Source: Anthoceros angustus (lineage: Eukaryota > Plantae > Anthocerotophyta). Taken from it: a stretch of 64,000 bases of DNA. The stretch is from contig MU008198.1 of the NCBI GenBank assembly GCA_010909165.1, forward strand, positions 340,216-404,215, read 5' to 3'. The notes below the pieces were generated by a model. That model did not search any database. It was not told where the DNA came from and worked only from the letters and a program-made list of their open reading frames with translations. Below, in pieces: positions 60,051 through 64,000 of this stretch. The stretch's first letter is position 1; each line of letters begins with the position of its first letter. The translations under genes and the position numbers were made by a program.

Positions 60051-61539
60051 ATGGCAGGCACCGGGGGAGGCGCAGCGCAGTATCTGCAACACCTGCCCTC
60101 TAGGGGCTACTTCTCCACCTGCGTCCCTTCCTCCACTCCCGTACGTGTGCCGCAATCCTACCCTACCTGCCCTGCTCTTGCCCCTCCCTTACGCTGGTCC
60201 ATTGTGTTGTGTCGGCTCGTGGTCGCTGTCTGCTGCGGGTTGCCCTTGGAGAAGAGTGGATTTCCCAGGGGTGCGGTTCCGCAAATTTGGTGCACCTGGT
60301 GTCCTGTCGTGATGCAGCCGTTCTCCCGTTTGCCGGCCATGTGTGGGACTGGATGTGGAGTGCTATGGCTGGCACTGGCTCGCTCGCGAACTGTTGGTAG
60401 TTGGAATCCGCTTATTCTGTGAGCACTTTGTTTGGAGGATACCGTGAGACCAGATGTCTAAGGTTCAGGAGGAGAATCCTGCCGATCTCAACGGGGAGCG
60501 CAATCTCCATGTATTGTCTAGGGTTGGGCAGGGTTGCTTAGGGCATGAGTGGCTGGAAATTATGAAAGTTCTGCCCCTGTTGTGGATGAACACATGGTAA
60601 TTGAAGCGCTGTAAACTAGTTGCATCCTCGTTTTTGTGTGTGGCAGGGGGGTCTGCGGGTGTATATTTGCGACCATGATACTGCTCCACCAGGTGGGATG
60701 TGCGATTCATGAGGATTTACATTTGTTTGGCTGTGAAGTGTCTTGTGTTTGACGGTCTAAATTGTTACTTGATATTGCAGACGAACAGCTTATAAGGACT
60801 GATGCCACAAACATTTTGATCAGAGCTTTGACACTGAAGAAAGGAAGAAGTGATCAGAAAGGGAAGGAAAGCAAAGCCAAAGCCACCACGGAAGATGGCA
60901 AGGGCAAGAGGTAGACTCGGCATTCTTGGCATGGCTATCATGTACTGTACCTCTCCTTCGAGCCGTTAGATCTTTCATCAGTGGTGCTCGAGCTTGTTTT
61001 GATGTCTCTCATACTCTGTGCAGGCCTGCAGAAGGGCATAGTGATGAGAAAAACCCATCCAAGAGAGCAAATACAGGGTCTAGGAAAGGTGATAAAGCAA
61101 TGCCCTTTGTGTTTTGTATTTTGTAGGTCCCTGTTTGTTTCTACTGGAGTATCGAAGCCAGTGACAGGAATAGATTGTGTATGTCTCTGCTACAACCATG
61201 TGGATACCTGGGCTCTCCTGAGCCCACTTGTTGCTTATTGAAATACTTTGTCACTTTTGAGCTGATCAGAGGTTGACTGGTGTACCTGTGAGATTTCCCA
61301 TTCTTTCAGAGGCTGCATCGAGTCGACCCTCTGACAGGGAGCTACAAAGTTACACAGTTGAGAAATTGAAACAGCTGTTGAAAGAAAAGGGTCAGCCGGT
61401 AAAGGGGAAGAAGGTAGCCCTCTCCATCCTCTCTGTATGCCTTTGGCTTTCCATCAAGTCCGGCTTCAAGTTTTACATTATTGTGTTCGTCCTTACTGTT
61501 CAGGATGAACTCATCACACGCCTAAAGCGGCATTTATGA
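60051..61539 (+). CDS. DDA1-like N-terminal domain + SAP domain protein (156 aa, 6 exons)
   Basis: Exons 60051-60140, 60647-60692, 60781-60910, 61024-61088, 61310-61413, 61504-61539: YLQHLPSRGYFS…[32 protein letters not shown]…[31 protein letters not shown]. Confidence 0.88.
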
Positions 61540-61948
61540 TTACACATGGTTTTGGTTGCTGGAAGCTTCTGCTATTTCCTTGGATCAACTGACCTCAGCT
61601 GTCGTAAGTGAAATCTGGTGGCTGTACATACAAGCAGGTCGTGCTCCTCAGTTTGAGATGTCTGAGAAATGCCAGTACACCATGGGACCTTTCCATGTAC
61701 AGGGATTTCTAAGGCACTCTGCTGGACGCTTTTCATGATAAATTGTTGTTTTCAGGGAGGCTCTCAAGGGATGAAGCCACACGCTGCTGCCACGCAGTTT
61801 GTCCATGTTTGACCGCTAGATGGTCTTCCAGGTCCTAAGTTACGTTTACATCAGACTTGACAAGGCTAGAGACTTCAGTGTAGCTGGGGATGTGCTATCA
61901 CATTGACTTCGCTTCAACCTCTGGTGGCAGAGTCAGGATTGCCACCAA

Positions 61949-62347
61949 CTAAAGTACATAACGTGACTTACATCTGGAGATCGCACGTGTGTACTTGGTT
62001 CCGGCTTTCTGGCTTTTGATGTCGATTCTGCTTTTATCTTTTGTGAACATAATTTTGAGAGCTAAGTCTCGGAGAACATTTTTGTCATACTGTTCCACAG
62101 CTTCGCGTCTGTTGAACAGCTGTATGCTCAGGAAAGCCACCCTGAAGCAATGCGCTATGTAGCTGGCGGGTGCAGATTGGACCATTATTGTTTTGTGCTG
62201 TGCATTGCTGACGTCGATCTGCTGCTGGACCTCGGATACCTGTGTTCTTGGTGGAGGCACGTCACGCTTTGTGACAGGGATTGTGAAACATTGATTCATA
62301 GAATGACTGCGGTCGGCGGAAATCGAGAATCGCGATTCGCTTGACAC
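61949..62347 (-). CDS. Hypothetical ORF (132 aa)
   Basis: Only an open frame with protein-like composition; no family recognised. Confidence 0.2.
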   Translation of the reverse strand: MSSESRFSISADRSHSMNQCFTIPVTKRDVPPPRTQVSEVQQQIDVSNAQHKTIMVQSAPASYIAHCFRVAFLSIQLFNRREAVEQYDKNVLRDLALKIMFTKDKSRIDIKSQKAGTKYTRAISRCKSRYVL

Positions 62348-62813
62348 TGGTGCTCAGAGCGTGCTGAGAGTGCTAGCCTGACTAATCACACTTCTGTCTT
62401 CACCTGTATCGCAACTGAGTAACTTGCGATCAGAGTCGATCACGACTCCGCGTCCGTTCACACAGGGACATGCTTTGAAAATATCACCGCTCACATGCTA
62501 AAATGCAAACTCGCTCTCTGCCATGTTCCGTACATACAGTTTTTGCTAGATGGGGGAAACGGAGCCTTACGGAAATCATTTGGCGTTCTAAACATGAAAA
62601 CGTTCCATGCTATACGACTGGAGAAACGTTAAGATGGTGGCTATGGCTACCAGCAACGGTCCGATTTCGGATATTGAGTTCAAAGAAGCATTTCTGGCTG
62701 CCGAGTTTCCGTTTCCAGATGGCCGGTAACTAAACGAGTATGTAAACTCGTTTACTTACCGAATTCATCACTAGCTTGATGTCTATTTGCGCTTCCTAAG
62801 GAGAACTGCCCTG

Positions 62814-63070
62814 TAAACAATATTCATGGGAATGCTCTTTCTGGTGGGGGCTCAGAGGCTGTGCCAGGACTCATGGATCTTCTGAACGAGCTCTTGGAGA
62901 CGGGCAAACATGTACGGGAATGGTGGCAGGAGCAGCCTGTCCACAATATTCATGGGAATGCTCTTTCTGGTGGGTGCTCACAGATTGTGCCAAGACTTGC
63001 AAATCATCTGACCGAGCTCTTCGAGAGGTGAATACAAGTACGGGAAATATGGTGGCAGGAGCAGCCTGCT
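62814..63070. repeat. ~127 bp degenerate tandem duplication
   Basis: ACAATATTCATGGGAATGCTCTTTCTGGTGGG and GTACGGGAA..TGGTGGCAGGAGCAGCCTG each occur twice. Confidence 0.9.
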
Positions 63071-63114
63071 GCAGTTGTATGCACTGCGTGCCGAGCTGCG
63101 GCCTGAAGTCTTGA

Positions 63115-64000
63115 AGCAGGGGTATTGTACTATTGTGGGGCGAAGGTGAATTCGTAGTATCTATCATGCATTCGTGGAACAAGCAGTTGCACCTCACGTG
63201 GGAGGCTGCCCGTAAAGCTTTCCCTGCTCAGCAATCCGCTGACCGGTCAAAGACGTGTGACCGATTATCCTCTGCAAGCTCTACGAGCGGGGCTGCTTTG
63301 AAGCACAAGTTCGATGTCCTCTTGGAGGAATTCTATCAGAAAGCGCAGAGTGAATCAACAAATGGCCCAGACGTGTTAACAGAGCTGCAGGCGTCGGACA
63401 CTGTACAATCTACCGGATGCATTTATACTGCTACATCAGTCCAGTTACCTGCGACAGGATTGAGCATGGTCCCCTCAGAAAAGGCACTAGGGCATGATCC
63501 TAGCCCTAGGCCTGGAAATTATGGTCATGCTAAAGTGCTGGTGCTAGCGTTTTCAGATCAGCCATTGCCTATGCAACGCGCGGACCATAGGGGTCATGGC
63601 CAACTGGCACCGGTTGTAATTGGGCCATTGCCTGGAATGCCCTCTCTGGACAACCTTACACTGGCAGTGGCCTGGAACAAATGGCAGATGTGGGAGCTCG
63701 AGGCCACAGACCTCGACCAGACGCAGCTACCTTTTGTTACTACATGGACTCCGTTTGAAGATGCATATGATGACGTGGATCCGGAGCAGCAACTTGGTTT
63801 TCCAGGTCATTCTACAGATGATGAGCCGATCAGGGTTTCAACGCCGGGATCCAGTAGCCGTGGTGGTTCGTGGTCTGTTATTCATAGCGCGTTTAGTGAT
63901 TCATTGTCTGGTATTGCAAATGGCGAGTGTAGTGATTCATGGTCTCTAGTTGATAACGAGTTTTGTGATTCAAGGGCTTCAGTTGATAGCGAGTTTTCCG
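63115..64000 (+). CDS. Open-ended 295-codon reading frame, possibly retrotransposon gag-like
   Basis: No stop from 63115 to the window end (ATG at 63166), so it is absent from the ORF track. SWNKQLHLTWEAARKAF loosely resembles gag W…TWeefkkaF. Confidence 0.35.

Overview
Eukaryotic land-plant nuclear DNA. Short 45-130 bp introns, PLS-type PPR fragments and head-to-head packing suggest a compact-genome lycophyte such as Selaginella; this is inference, not shown directly. The window has four parts. (1) 1-9 kb: decayed Ty1/copia and LTR fragments. (2) About 6.7-37 kb: a multi-age duplication hotspot. Its core is a tandem array of an 8.0-8.4 kb unit (2 full copies plus 1 partial) carrying an orphan ORF, an arginine-decarboxylase pseudogene, a PPR pseudogene and a ~75 bp piece of the nearby CPSF73 gene. 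Older diverged paralogous modules surround it, and a 1.6 kb direct repeat brackets it. (3) 37.9-47.1 kb: a dense block of intact spliced genes: CPSF73-I (-), uricase (+, ATG only 104 bp from the CPSF73 ATG), SF3a2, and a GDSL lipase whose last exon splices in frame onto a fasciclin (FAS1) domain. This apparent fusion is the most novel-looking item. (4) 47.1-64 kb: an R2/CRE-superfamily non-LTR retrotransposon with a restriction-like endonuclease, expanded by staggered internal duplications; an AT-rich island with thioredoxin h and a copia remnant; a DDA1-like/SAP gene; and an ORF running off the window end. Repeat copies carry many private 1-bp homopolymer indels while unique genes are almost clean, so some frameshifts in repeats may be assembly errors. 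All exon coordinates were read by hand from GT/AG sites and reading frame; no database searches were run.
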